From positions 163,188-227,187 of the forward strand of contig CAVURG010000006.1 of the NCBI GenBank assembly GCA_963743865.1: a stretch of 64,000 nucleotides of DNA, in the 5' to 3' direction. Below the pieces are notes generated by a model. It ran no database searches and was not told the DNA's origin. It saw nothing but the letters and a program-made list of their open reading frames with translations. Positions 9,146 through 19,338 of this stretch are shown here, in pieces (within the stretch, counting starts at the first letter, position 1; every line of letters starts with the position of its first letter). The DNA comes from an uncultured delta proteobacterium (lineage in GTDB: Bacteria; Desulfobacterota; Binatia; Binatales; Binataceae). The translations under genes and the position numbers were made by a program.

Positions 9146-9727
9146 TTGAAGCCGATCGCTTTCGACGAAATACTTCCGCTGGCCGATTACGAACGGGTGC
9201 GCGAGCGGCTGCGCCCGCTGTTTATTCATGAGAAGGAACGGCGCCGGCTGCATGTCGGGTCGCATCTGACGCTGCTGTTCGAAAACGCGCAGACTGCGTG
9301 GTACCAGATCGAGGAGATGATCAGGGCCGAGAAAATGACGGAGCGCGAAGCGATCGCGCACGAAATCGACACTTACAACGAGTTGCTTCCAGCCGCGGGC
9401 GAAATTGCCGCGACACTGTTGATCGAGTACGCCGAGGCGCGGGAACGCGACGCCGGGTTGATCCGGCTGGTCGGACTGGAACGCCACTTGTGGCTGAAGG
9501 CGGGGGCGCAAAGGATCGCGGCGAGATTCGACGATCGCCAGATGTCAGGCGAAAAAATCAGCGCGGTCCAATTTGTCCGGTTCAGCATGGAGGGCGTGGA
9601 CGCGGCCCGGTTTCTTGAGCTTGCCGGCAAGGGCGAGGCAGCGGTGGAGGCGGATCACCCGAATCTCGCGGCTCGCGGCGCGATCGGCGGACTGCTGGCG
9701 GCGTCGCTGGCGGAGGATCTGCGGTAG
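9146..9727 (+). CDS. DUF3501-family protein
   Basis: TTG start after AAGGAG. RRRLHVG.HLTLLFEN..T.WYQIEEM.RAE...EID.YNELLP...ATL.IEY...SAVQFVRF. The rubrerythrin / Fe-S oxidoreductase context is typical of this family. Confidence 0.85.
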   Translation: MKPIAFDEILPLADYERVRERLRPLFIHEKERRRLHVGSHLTLLFENAQTAWYQIEEMIRAEKMTEREAIAHEIDTYNELLPAAGEIAATLLIEYAEARERDAGLIRLVGLERHLWLKAGAQRIAARFDDRQMSGEKISAVQFVRFSMEGVDAARFLELAGKGEAAVEADHPNLAARGAIGGLLAASLAEDLR

Positions 9728-9756
9728 CAGGCGGCGCGGGCATCGTGCACAGACAC

Positions 9757-9790
9757 GAACGCCGAATCCGGTAATCCGGATTCGGCGTTC
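9757..9790. terminator. hairpin between convergent genes (probable bidirectional terminator)
   Basis: GAACGCCGAATCCGG-taat-CCGGATTCGGCGTTC, 15-bp perfect stem. Confidence 0.7.
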
Positions 9791-9814
9791 GCCGTTTCGT
9801 GGTTTCGGTAGGAG

Positions 9815-11374
9815 TTAGTCCCGGGTAGCGGAAACTGTGTCCGTGCTGGTAGGTTGCGGCGTGAATGCCGGGAGCGCAACGCCGACCGGGAAGTTCATTT
9901 TAGCGTGCCGTCCTGAAACGATCAGCGTCGGGGGAATATCGCCGCCGCTCGTAGGAAAATCGGTAAACATCAGCAGCGAATTATTATCGCTGTTTACGAC
10001 GTACAGAGCGTCGTTCGCCGCGTCGATCGCGATGCCCTCCGGAGCTTTGAGTTTGGTGTGTTTGCCTTGAATCACGCCTTCCAGCTCGCCTTGGAAAAAG
10101 AAGTTAGCGCCGTCGAAATTCGTGAAAGGATAGAAGATTTTGATGCTGTTATCGCCGAAGTCTGTCACGTACACGTCGTCATCCTGGTCGACCGCAGCAG
10201 CAATCGGTTGCCGCAATGTGCCCGCGGTCGCACCGAACAAACCCATTAGGGCAGTCGGAAATTGGTCGCCAACCGCGCCAGGAGCATACACGGTGATGTA
10301 GCGAGGGACACACGAGAGGTCGAAGGCGTCGGCGCCAGCGTTGTTCACGACGAACAGGTAGCCAGATGCGTCAAACGTGAGGCCTGCCGGACCCGCCAGG
10401 AGACTGTAGCATCCGCCGATGGTGGCGTTCTGCTCGTATGGAGCCAAGGTGAACGGGTTGACCGCGTCCACCGTCCAGTTGCCCAAGGGTGCAAGGTCGC
10501 TGTTGTAGGCGGGGTAGGAAGCCAACGTCGATCTATCGTACATAGTAATCGTGCCCAAGCTCGAACCGGGCTTGATTACCCCCGCCCCGCACACTCCGGG
10601 GTGATGCTTGGTAGGTTCAATGTTCGAGGGCGCGGGTGCGCAGGCGGCCGCGCTGCAGGTAGCCTCAGGGTCGGAACTCGCGGGGCAGTCAGGAGAGCCG
10701 AATACAAGGGGAAACTGGTTCGCCACCGCCAGGATATCGTGCCCGGCGGGATTGACCCCGTCGTAGGGGCTTTCAAATGCCACGCCCTGGGGGTAGAAAA
10801 CGCCGGTAGTGTTGGGAGCACCGAACGCGAAATTCGGTGAGCAAATTATATTTTCCGGCGCTGAGTTGCCAGTCGAATCTGGCCCGAAGAGCTCGACCAA
10901 ACCGGTGCCATATGCGGGAGAAGCCGCGGGCTGGCCAAAAGGACCGCAGCCGGTAAGATCGAAAAAGTCAATCGGTATCGCCACCGCGATGTGATGATCG
11001 TTCATCGAGCTCACTGCGTCGCCAGCCGCACCGCTGCTAGCACCCAAAAACGTGGCCGGGCCGGTGATCCGAAAATGAGGCCTGGCATTGTGCCCCGCAC
11101 CGGCGACGAATGTCTCGAGGCTGCCGTCGAAAACAGCGCCGTAATTCGAGACAACGACCGTGTCTTCCAGAAGGTTGGCCACGTGGATGTTAGTTTTTTT
11201 CTTAGATTTCGCGTAGCTGGTGCCAGCTGTCCCCGCGACGAGCGCAGCGACCACGAAGACCGCGGCCACGAGCGAAAGCCGACGAGCGACCCCCATTAGC
11301 TTCAGCGCCCGTGGGTGCGCCAACGAGATCCCATCCCTGCCCTGAGTCATCGCCTGCATCCTTCCATGCGTCAT
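9815..11374 (-). CDS. secreted NHL-repeat / beta-propeller protein
   Basis: Signal-peptide-like N-terminus. Repeats PQGVAFE, PAGLTFDASGYLFVVN, PIAAAVDQDDDVYVTD, PEGIAIDAANDALYVVN, FPVGVAL. Cys-rich insert. Confidence 0.7.
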   Translation of the reverse strand: MTHGRMQAMTQGRDGISLAHPRALKLMGVARRLSLVAAVFVVAALVAGTAGTSYAKSKKKTNIHVANLLEDTVVVSNYGAVFDGSLETFVAGAGHNARPHFRITGPATFLGASSGAAGDAVSSMNDHHIAVAIPIDFFDLTGCGPFGQPAASPAYGTGLVELFGPDSTGNSAPENIICSPNFAFGAPNTTGVFYPQGVAFESPYDGVNPAGHDILAVANQFPLVFGSPDCPASSDPEATCSAAACAPAPSNIEPTKHHPGVCGAGVIKPGSSLGTITMYDRSTLASYPAYNSDLAPLGNWTVDAVNPFTLAPYEQNATIGGCYSLLAGPAGLTFDASGYLFVVNNAGADAFDLSCVPRYITVYAPGAVGDQFPTALMGLFGATAGTLRQPIAAAVDQDDDVYVTDFGDNSIKIFYPFTNFDGANFFFQGELEGVIQGKHTKLKAPEGIAIDAANDALYVVNSDNNSLLMFTDFPTSGGDIPPTLIVSGRHAKMNFPVGVALPAFTPQPTSTDTVSATRD

Positions 11375-12034
11375 TGTTTCTAACCCCCGCCGAGTCGAAT
11401 CGGTGTCCCGTCTGCTGACCCAATCAGCCTAGAAAACCCACGCGGCCGTCAGTTCGTTCTCCTCTCCCCGCAGAGCCACCGGAAGCCCCGCCAAGGTCCG
11501 GAAATCGCCCCGGACGCGCATTCGGTCGTCGTACCTACACTGATCGGACGACAAATTCAAGTGCGCCGTAACTCTTTGTTCATGATCGCAGTTGACGGTC
11601 AATCCAGAACCAACCGTGCGAATTGCGTCCAATCAAGACGAAACTTTATTCATTTCCCCGAAAGGATCGCAAGTGCCGCCCGGTATAAGGGCGGCATTCG
11701 AGCGGGCCTGCATAGTACCGCCAGAGCCGAAGAACCGCCGCCGGCCGGCGGTCCGATTCAGATCGATCATCCGGGCGCGGATTCGCCCTGCGCCGCCCTG
11801 TATCAACAAATTGAAACGACCGAATCGGGAATCGCCATATCACGCGGCGCTTAACGGGCTGTTGCCAACGCATTACGGGCGCATGTGCCCTTCTTGACAA
11901 GGTATGCGGGGGAATGATAGCTAAGCCGCGTTCGTAGATTCTTGCGCGCGAACGGGGAATGAGTGTCTGACGCTTGCCTGGTGGACAATCGGGCGAGGAG
12001 TCGTAACCACGAGGGCTCCAGCTTGGGGGTGACT

Positions 12035-13953
12035 ATGCAGAACGGGAATCAGGGATTCGGCGGAACGCGGTGGCGGAGTCTATTGGTGGCCGCCGTGGCA
12101 ACGGTCGGGACGCTATGGACATCGGTCGCAATGGCGACCATCACACAGGGCGATTTTTCCGTCTTTGGGTTTTTCGAAACTCGCGAGGCGGGTCGCTGGG
12201 GCGAAGGCAGCTCGAGCATCGACTCGACGCCGACGAAGCTGGTTCATTCGGGCGCCCAGACGTACGCGCTTCCCGGGCAATCGTTCGGGATGACAGGCGG
12301 CAGTTTCGATTTCAATCATTGGGATCTGGTCGAGCAGCGCAACCTTGCAGACGTGCGGCCCGATTACCACATGATCAAGAACTACAAGTTCCTTGGCCGC
12401 TTCGACACGCTGCTGATCAAGGATGCGGACTTTTTCGCGTACTACCGACCCTGGTACGACTCGTACGGTTCGCTCAAGAACAATGGCCGGCAGAGGCCGA
12501 ACACGGATGTGATCCCGTACTCATCGCAAGGAATGCAGGCGATTCAGGACGAATACATCAAGAATGATCTGCGCGAGTGGTATGCGCAGTTGAACTTTAC
12601 CGACAACTTCTCCGCACGTATCGGCAAGCAGCAGGTCATCTGGACGGAAGCCGACGCGCTGTCAGGAACCGAAGTCACCAACCCGGTCAATGCGACATGG
12701 CACGGAGTTTACGGCGCAGAGTCGCCTGAAGACCAGCGCACAAACGTGCGGATGATCAAGCTGAACTACATCCTGCCGGACTACTTCAAGACCGCCAACA
12801 ACGAGATTGAAGCCTTCATCATCCCCGGTGACTTCCAGGGCGCTGGGATTAACGTCCAACAAGATCAGCGCAATCCGTGGGTTGCTCCGGCCACACTGTT
12901 CGGTGGCTGCCCGGTCTCGACCTGTGGCTTTGGCGGCCTGGACACGCCGTTCCCATTCAGCATCAACCAGAACGGGCAGAGGATCAACGTCAGCGAGCTG
13001 CCTAACAGCGACTCAAAGGCGATGATCGCCCTGCCTTTCGGCCCCGTGATTGGCGGGCACCAGACGTATCAATATTACGACGTCATCCTGAAGAATATCA
13101 GCAGGAGGCCATCAAACTCCCTGAAAAACAGCGAATTCGGAGTACGTTTGTCGAGCCTGCTGCCGATTGGAAACGGACTCCAGACCAGCTTGATCTACTT
13201 GTACGAATTCCGCGATGCGACGCACTTCGGCTTGCACGAACTGCGGGCCGGCCGCGATGGGCGAACCGGGCGCGGTTGGTGTCGGTCCCGGCCAGTTCGT
13301 CATCCCCGGTTTCTATACCCACCGGCCTCATGCGGGTGTGCCCGTGGGCGGGACGTTTGAGGCCATTTCGGAGACCAACTATCGCCGCAACAATTTTTTC
13401 GGCATGACGGGAACCTACTACGATAAAGACCTGACCGACATCGTGTACCGTTATGACGTTCTGTACCAGCCGGATCACGCGGTCGGCGTTCCGAGCTTTC
13501 AGAATCCGGACGGTTCAGAATGGACCCAGTTAACCCGCTGGATCATCGCGGGTGACCGTCCGACCTACATCCCCTGGATGTCGAAGCAGCACACGTTCCT
13601 GACGGCTCAGTACACGGAGACGTGGCAGCCGGATCGTCCGGCTAATGCGATGACCATCGTAACCGGACTGCCGGCGCGGCAAGGCGCGTGAGATCAGCAG
13701 CCTCGCGTTCCTGTCGGCAACGAACTGGCTGATGAACGGGCAGTTGACGGCCGGCAACGTGTTCCTGTGGGACATCGACAACAACGTCGGCGAGCTGTCG
13801 ACCACCAACGTTTACCGGTATTCACGAAACATTCTGCTCGGGGTCAATGCCCAGTGGTTCATCGGACGCAGCGGCCGCTTCACGGATCCGTACCTGCTGA
13901 GCCGCGAGCAGCGTTTCAACGAACTCGAGTTCACCTTCACGTACGAAATCTAG
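12035..13953 (+). CDS. outer-membrane beta-barrel protein, DUF1302-like; two frameshifts (~13230, ~13685)
   Basis: Signal peptide. DLREWYAQL...RIGKQQVIWTEAD motif typical of DUF1302. Continuation in ORFs 13215..13691 and 13732..13953, ending in an amphipathic strand LEFTFTYEI. Confidence 0.65.
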
Positions 13954-13973
13954 AAGTCGATTGGACTGATCGG

Positions 13974-14009
13974 GCGGCTGTGGCATATGCTACAGCCGCT
14001 TTCTTTTTT
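13974..14009 (+). terminator. intrinsic terminator
   Basis: GCGGCTGTGGC-atat-GCTACAGCCGC stem followed by TTTCTTTTTT. Confidence 0.8.
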
Positions 14010-14097
14010 CCGGCAGGATGAGGACATTGCCGCGGCGAGCGGCCTGCGACCGGGTTTCTTTCGCCTCCGATCTGCCACGCCGGCCGCGCATATCGCG

Positions 14098-14613
14098 ATG
14101 GACGACAATCCACAGACAGACTGGTACCTGGTTCGCACCAAGACCGGCAAGGAGCGCTGGGTCCGCGATCAACTCGCCAACGCGGTGCCGGAGGTGTTTC
14201 TGCCGATGCTCAAAGCGAAGGCGCCGCGATGGGGACGGATGGCGGTGTCGATAGCTCCGCTGTTTCCATGCTACGTGTTCGCCAGGTTCGATCTTCAGCG
14301 CCAGTACTTCGAGGTAAAATATATGGCCGGGGTGCGCGCGATCGTGTCGGCGGGAATCGATCCGCTGGCGGTGCCCGCGGCGATAGTGTCGGAGATTCGC
14401 CGCCGCGGCGTGGACGACGTGATCGAAATACCCGACAAACCATTCGGCACGGGCGAGCGGGTGGTTGTGGTTGACGGTCCGTTCCGTGGATTCGAGGCGA
14501 TTTTCCAGCGTTATCTTTCCGGCGCGGAACGAGTGGCGATTCTGCTCAGCGCCGTCGAATCGGGCGGGCTGCGCGTCGTGCTCTCAGCCTCGGCGGTCGC
14601 CAAAGATAGCTGA
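14098..14613 (+). CDS. NusG paralog (RfaH/UpxY-like transcription antiterminator)
   Basis: WYLVRTKTGKE (NGN start), PLFPCYVFARF, KOW FGTGERVVVVDGPFRGFEAIF. Sits at the head of a polysaccharide locus. Confidence 0.88.
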   Translation: MDDNPQTDWYLVRTKTGKERWVRDQLANAVPEVFLPMLKAKAPRWGRMAVSIAPLFPCYVFARFDLQRQYFEVKYMAGVRAIVSAGIDPLAVPAAIVSEIRRRGVDDVIEIPDKPFGTGERVVVVDGPFRGFEAIFQRYLSGAERVAILLSAVESGGLRVVLSASAVAKDS

Positions 14614-14616
14614 CGG

Positions 14617-15183
14617 ATGCGGTCGCCGCGCGCACTCACAATTGTCCGCGCAATGCTGGTGGGCATGACGCTCGCGTGCGCGGCCTGCTCCGCCAGTTCG
14701 CCCGGATTGGCGATGCCCAAAATGCTGGGGCTCGCGGGACAGCCCAACCTGACGTCGTTTCTGGATGTGCGATTCGGCGATTCGCTGTATCGCGTGCAGA
14801 ACAGGTTTCCATCCGGTGCGATGGAGACGGCTCCCTACGGCGCCGACACCTACCGAATAAACAATATCGAGGTCGATTCAATCCGCTACGAGCAGGTGAA
14901 GTACGAGTTCACGAGCTATTCGGGCATGCAGCTCGTGATGGCGTGGTTCACGCCTGATTCGAGCGGGAAGGTGCTCGAGAAGCTGGTCCAAGCCGTCGGT
15001 CCGCCGAGCGAGCAGAACAGCTCCAAGGGCAGCGCTCCTGCCGACACGCAGGCGTTCTGGCAGCTTCCGCACGGCGAACGCGTCATCTATGACGGTCCGA
15101 AGCGATTCGTCGCAGTATTGGGGCCGGGCGGCGGCCCACTCAAGCAAGACGCCACAGAAAACGAAGCACTCGACAGTCCGTAG
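14617..15183 (+). CDS. putative lipoprotein, unknown function
   Basis: Hydrophobic leader with lipobox-like LAC/AAC; 3 nt downstream of the NusG paralog. Confidence 0.55.
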   Translation: MRSPRALTIVRAMLVGMTLACAACSASSPGLAMPKMLGLAGQPNLTSFLDVRFGDSLYRVQNRFPSGAMETAPYGADTYRINNIEVDSIRYEQVKYEFTSYSGMQLVMAWFTPDSSGKVLEKLVQAVGPPSEQNSSKGSAPADTQAFWQLPHGERVIYDGPKRFVAVLGPGGGPLKQDATENEALDSP

Positions 15184-15261
15184 CGCGCAGATTGCGCGAA
15201 GGTGCAGGGTTTTCGCGAGCGCATCAAACACGCGTTATCGTGCTTGTGAGGATGAAAGCGC

Positions 15262-15291
15262 TTGACGTTCGTTTCATTAGCGTGTTATAAC
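15262..15291 (+). promoter_or_regulatory. sigma70 promoter for the polysaccharide export operon
   Basis: TTGACG 15262-15267; extended -10 TGtTATAAC (15283-15291). Confidence 0.65.
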
Positions 15292-15593
15292 GCGTCTTCG
15301 GAGTTCTCGGCGGTAATAAACTAACCAGATTCGATTACTGCAGAGTCGTGTAAGATCGCCGGCTGCGGTTAGGAATCTGGACGGCGATCGCTCAATTTTG
15401 GCGACCGATGCCCAAGCCTGATAACACGGGACGGCGGACGCATGCCGCAAATCGTACGCAGACTCAAAACACTGCTTGTCTGCCCATGACCAGCTTTGGC
15501 CCTTTCTTTAATCGAAAATTTAGCTATCATGGCGGGGCTCAGATTTTAGCTGGCACCCGAAGTGGTTGCGCGGTAACCGCAGGGAGTCATACC

Positions 15594-18581
15594 ATGCGTA
15601 GTACTAATAAACATGCAGTTTTCACAACGCTGCGAAGTCTGATCCTTCTGCTCGCGCTGGGTTTCTTATTCTCTTCCGTCGCGCGCGCACAAATCGGCGA
15701 TTCCGGCGGCGCAGCGCTCGGCGGCGCCGGAGGTTTGGGCGGCTCCGGCAGCGCGGCAAGCGCGCCGGACGATGGCGCCAACAGCGATTCCCCGCAGGGT
15801 GCGGTGAGCAACGCGGTGAGCCGCGGATGCGTCGAGCCGGGTGACCCGAACGCGGCCAACTCCGGCCTGCCGTCGTGTACGAATTCAGATAACAACGGCG
15901 GTTCCGACCAGCCCGCCCAAGCCGGCCCGTCTACTCTTTCCGGCGGTGCGTCGGCGATGCGTGGCGCGCAGGGCTTCGCCAATACGATCAATAAGCAATC
16001 GATGGCTGCGGTCATCCAGCAGCTTGGAATTTCGCCCGACGAGCTCGGCAGCTTGAAAAGCGAAATGGCGTCGGGCGGTCTCAGTTCTGACGACATGCAG
16101 GAGCTATGTCTCCATTTTGCGGCGAAACAGCTTGGCGCCGGTGACGTTGCCGGAATCGCAAAATCGCTCGGCCTGACCTTCACCGACCAGCAGATGGCGC
16201 AGCTGAGAAGTTGCACCGGGCTTGCGGGGCAAGGCGGATCGGACGAGACAGCGTCGCCCGGGCGGCAGATGGGAATGACGCCGGCGGGGGCAAATCCGAG
16301 TCAGCCGGTGTCATCGGTTGAATCGCAATTCCGCTCGCTCGATTCCGCTGCCGCGCCCGCCGCGCCGAGCACGCGCAATCTGCAGCAATTCGGCTACTCG
16401 CTGTTTGCCTCGCGCGTTTCGACCTTCGCTCCGGTCGCCAACGTTCAGGTCAGCGACGACTACGTAATCGGTCCCGGCGACCAGCTCAAGATGCTGATGT
16501 GGGGGCGAATCAACAACACGCTGAATCTGACCGTCGGGCGCGACGGTTCGGTGAGTATTCCCGAGATCGGTCCGCTGCAGGTGGCGGGCTTGACCTTCGC
16601 GCAGACCAAGCAGCTCATCGAGGGTCACGCCGGACAAATCACCGGGGTGAAAGTCGACGTCACGATGGGCAAGCTCAAGACCATCCAGGTGTTCGTCGTC
16701 GGCGAAGTCGAGCAGCCCGGCGCCTACACCGTGAGCGCGTTGTCGCACGTATCGAACGCGCTCAGCGCGGCCGGCGGAATCACCAAAATAGGCAGCCTGC
16801 GCAAGGTCGAGCTTCGGCGCGGCAATCAACTCGTGCGCACGATCGATCTGTACAGTTTGCTGCTCGCCGGCAATGAGCAGGGCGACGAGCAGCTGCAGCC
16901 CGGCGATGTGATCTTTGTGCCGGTCATCGGGCCGGTGGTTGGAATGATCGGGGACGTGAAGCGGCCCGCCATCTACGAGCTCGGGCACTCCGGCGAGCCG
17001 CTCAACTCGGTCATCAAGCTCGGCGGCGGAATCAGCGCGTTCGGCTACTCGCAGCGCGTGCAGGTCGAGCGGGTTGCCGATCATCAGAAGCGAATCGCGC
17101 TCGACGTTGATTTGAACGACATCCGCTCGCAGCGCTTCGACATCCGCGACGGCGATCTGATCAAGATTTACCCGGTGCTGCCTGCCCAGCAGGACGTCGT
17201 GATTGTACGCGGCAGCGTCAATCGCCCGGGCAAGTTCGAATGGCATCAGGGAATGCGGGTCGCCGATTTGGTGGAACTCGCCGAAGGGGTCGCGCCGCAT
17301 ACCTTTTTCAAATACGCGCTGATTCGCCGCAAAGAGGGCAAGGCAAAGACGGTGCGGCTGGTGCCGGTCGATCTCGGCGAAGCGCTGTCGGCCAATATCA
17401 GCGGCCCGCAGAATCTCACGCTCAACCAGGAAGACGAGCTGACCGTGTTCAGCGAAGCGCAAATGAAGTATCTGCCGACCGTGCAGGTCTTCGGCGAGGT
17501 ACGCAATCCCGGCTACTACGTGATGAGCCAGGGCATGCACGTGAGCGACCTGCTTTACCTGGCGGGCGGTCTCAAGGACGACGCATATCAGAAAGCGGCC
17601 GAACTCGCGCGCACCCAGGTCGTTAACGGCACCCGCACCAGCCACACCTTCATGGATGTCGATCTGCGCGCGGCACTGTCAGGCTCGGACGAGCATAATC
17701 CCGCCCTTGAGGCGAACGATCAGCTATTCGTGCGCCGCGCGTCGGACTGGCATCTGCCATGGGTAGTGATGGTGCGCGGAATGGTCGCGCGGCCCGGGCC
17801 GTACACGATTCATGATGGCGAAAGAATCGCGTCGGTGCTCGAGCGCTCGGGCGGACTGCTGCCCGACGCCTATCTGCCGGCCACGGTGCTGATTCGACAG
17901 TCGATAAGAGAGCTTCAGCAAAAGCGCCTTGACGAGGCGCGTGAACGATTGCAGCAGTCGATCGTCCGGATTCAGATGAATCCGGGCACGATGAACCAGA
18001 TGGCTAGCAGCCAGGGAGATCAGAATCCCGCCACCAGTCCGACCACGCTCAACGCGCTCGAGCACGTGCTGACGGAAACCGAAGGCCAGCAAGCCCAGGG
18101 CCGCCTCGTTATCCACATGCATCCGCTCAACGAGCTCGCCAATTCGCCGGATAACGTGGTGTTGATCGATCAGGACCAGCTGACGATTCCGCGCCGTCCG
18201 GCCGCGGTGAATGTGCTCGGCCAGGTATACGCTCCCAACGCGATCGTATATCGGCCCGGGCTGACCACGCGCGACTATCTCAATCAGGCCGGCGGTCCGA
18301 ATGAAGGCGCCGACCCCGAGCACATCATGGTTATCAAGGCCGACGGCTCGGTGATGACCGACGATGGAGTCAAAGCGAGCAAGCAATCGACGATGTTCCC
18401 GCTGTTGCCGGTGATATCGGGCGGCCTGATGTCGGCGCGGCTCGATCCTGGGGATACGGTGTACGTTCCTGAGAAACTGATCTACGAAAATAAGATGCAG
18501 GAGACGGCGACGGTTACTCAGATCATCGCGAATGCCGCGTCGTCGCTGGCCGTGATCGGAATATTGGGCGCGAGTCTATAG
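15594..18581 (+). CDS. polysaccharide export protein with multiple SLBB domains (Wza/KpsD/OtnA-like)
   Basis: RBS AGGGAG then ATG 15594. Signal peptide, QQFGYSLF, DDYVIGPGDQL..LMWG, V.RDG.VSIPEIGP, repeated V.V.GEV..PG.Y and AGG motifs, LDPGDTVYVP. Confidence 0.9.
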   Translation: MRSTNKHAVFTTLRSLILLLALGFLFSSVARAQIGDSGGAALGGAGGLGGSGSAASAPDDGANSDSPQGAVSNAVSRGCVEPGDPNAANSGLPSCTNSDNNGGSDQPAQAGPSTLSGGASAMRGAQGFANTINKQSMAAVIQQLGISPDELGSLKSEMASGGLSSDDMQELCLHFAAKQLGAGDVAGIAKSLGLTFTDQQMAQLRSCTGLAGQGGSDETASPGRQMGMTPAGANPSQPVSSVESQFRSLDSAAAPAAPSTRNLQQFGYSLFASRVSTFAPVANVQVSDDYVIGPGDQLKMLMWGRINNTLNLTVGRDGSVSIPEIGPLQVAGLTFAQTKQLIEGHAGQITGVKVDVTMGKLKTIQVFVVGEVEQPGAYTVSALSHVSNALSAAGGITKIGSLRKVELRRGNQLVRTIDLYSLLLAGNEQGDEQLQPGDVIFVPVIGPVVGMIGDVKRPAIYELGHSGEPLNSVIKLGGGISAFGYSQRVQVERVADHQKRIALDVDLNDIRSQRFDIRDGDLIKIYPVLPAQQDVVIVRGSVNRPGKFEWHQGMRVADLVELAEGVAPHTFFKYALIRRKEGKAKTVRLVPVDLGEALSANISGPQNLTLNQEDELTVFSEAQMKYLPTVQVFGEVRNPGYYVMSQGMHVSDLLYLAGGLKDDAYQKAAELARTQVVNGTRTSHTFMDVDLRAALSGSDEHNPALEANDQLFVRRASDWHLPWVVMVRGMVARPGPYTIHDGERIASVLERSGGLLPDAYLPATVLIRQSIRELQQKRLDEARERLQQSIVRIQMNPGTMNQMASSQGDQNPATSPTTLNALEHVLTETEGQQAQGRLVIHMHPLNELANSPDNVVLIDQDQLTIPRRPAAVNVLGQVYAPNAIVYRPGLTTRDYLNQAGGPNEGADPEHIMVIKADGSVMTDDGVKASKQSTMFPLLPVISGGLMSARLDPGDTVYVPEKLIYENKMQETATVTQIIANAASSLAVIGILGASL

Positions 18582-18600
18582 GGCCGGCCAGAGACAACCG

Positions 18601-19338
18601 GTGGAAGTCCGAAAAACAATCATTGCGGCCGCGCTGTCGTTCGCGTTAATGGGCGCGAATGCGGCACAGGCGCAAGCGGGGCCGGCGGCCGGGCGCTCGC
18701 ACCCGGGCAACAATCGCTTGTTCCGCGCGGCGGCCGAGCTCTACCGCCTCGATCCCGATCTGCTGGCTGCGATTGCGGCCGTCGAGTCGGGTGGCAATTC
18801 AGATGCGGTCTCGCCCAAAGGCGCCCAAGGCCTGATGCAGCTGATGCCGGCGACGGCGAATCGCTTTCGCGTGCTCGACCCGTTCGATCCGGTCAGCAAT
18901 ACGCTCGGCGCCGTGCGGTTTATCAGTTATCTGCGCCGGTACCGTAGCGCTCGCGGCGATGGCGCGGGTCTGAGCCTGCCCGAGATGCTTGCGGCCTACA
19001 ACGCGGGCGAAGGCGCAGTGGATAAGTACGGCGGAATCCCGCCCTATCCCGAGACCCAGCACTATGTGCGCAAGGTGCTGATCGCATATCTGTTCGGCGA
19101 CAGCCGAAGCCCGCTCGCGGCGCGCCTGGGCGCACGCACGGCCGAACCAATCGATCCGGCGACAAGGCTCATTGTTCCCAAGCAGGGAATCGGCCACGCG
19201 CAGCCGGTCTTGATGCGCCAGAAAAATCCGCCGGCAGATTTGATCGACCGGCTCACCGAGATCCAGCGCCTTCGACAACTCGAGCTCGACCGACAACAGA
19301 GCACCAGCCGCATCGGTGAATCTGATGGCCCTCGTTAA
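18601..19338 (+). CDS. lytic transglycosylase (SLT domain), secreted
   Basis: IAAVESGG...AVSPKGAQGLMQLMPATA...LAAYNAGEGAVDKYGGIPPYPETQHYV. Confidence 0.92.
   Translation: MEVRKTIIAAALSFALMGANAAQAQAGPAAGRSHPGNNRLFRAAAELYRLDPDLLAAIAAVESGGNSDAVSPKGAQGLMQLMPATANRFRVLDPFDPVSNTLGAVRFISYLRRYRSARGDGAGLSLPEMLAAYNAGEGAVDKYGGIPPYPETQHYVRKVLIAYLFGDSRSPLAARLGARTAEPIDPATRLIVPKQGIGHAQPVLMRQKNPPADLIDRLTEIQRLRQLELDRQQSTSRIGESDGPR

Noticed and set aside
11894-11923. TTGACA upstream of the DUF1302-like gene
   Set aside because: No convincing -10 at 16-18 bp spacing, so it is not called as a promoter.
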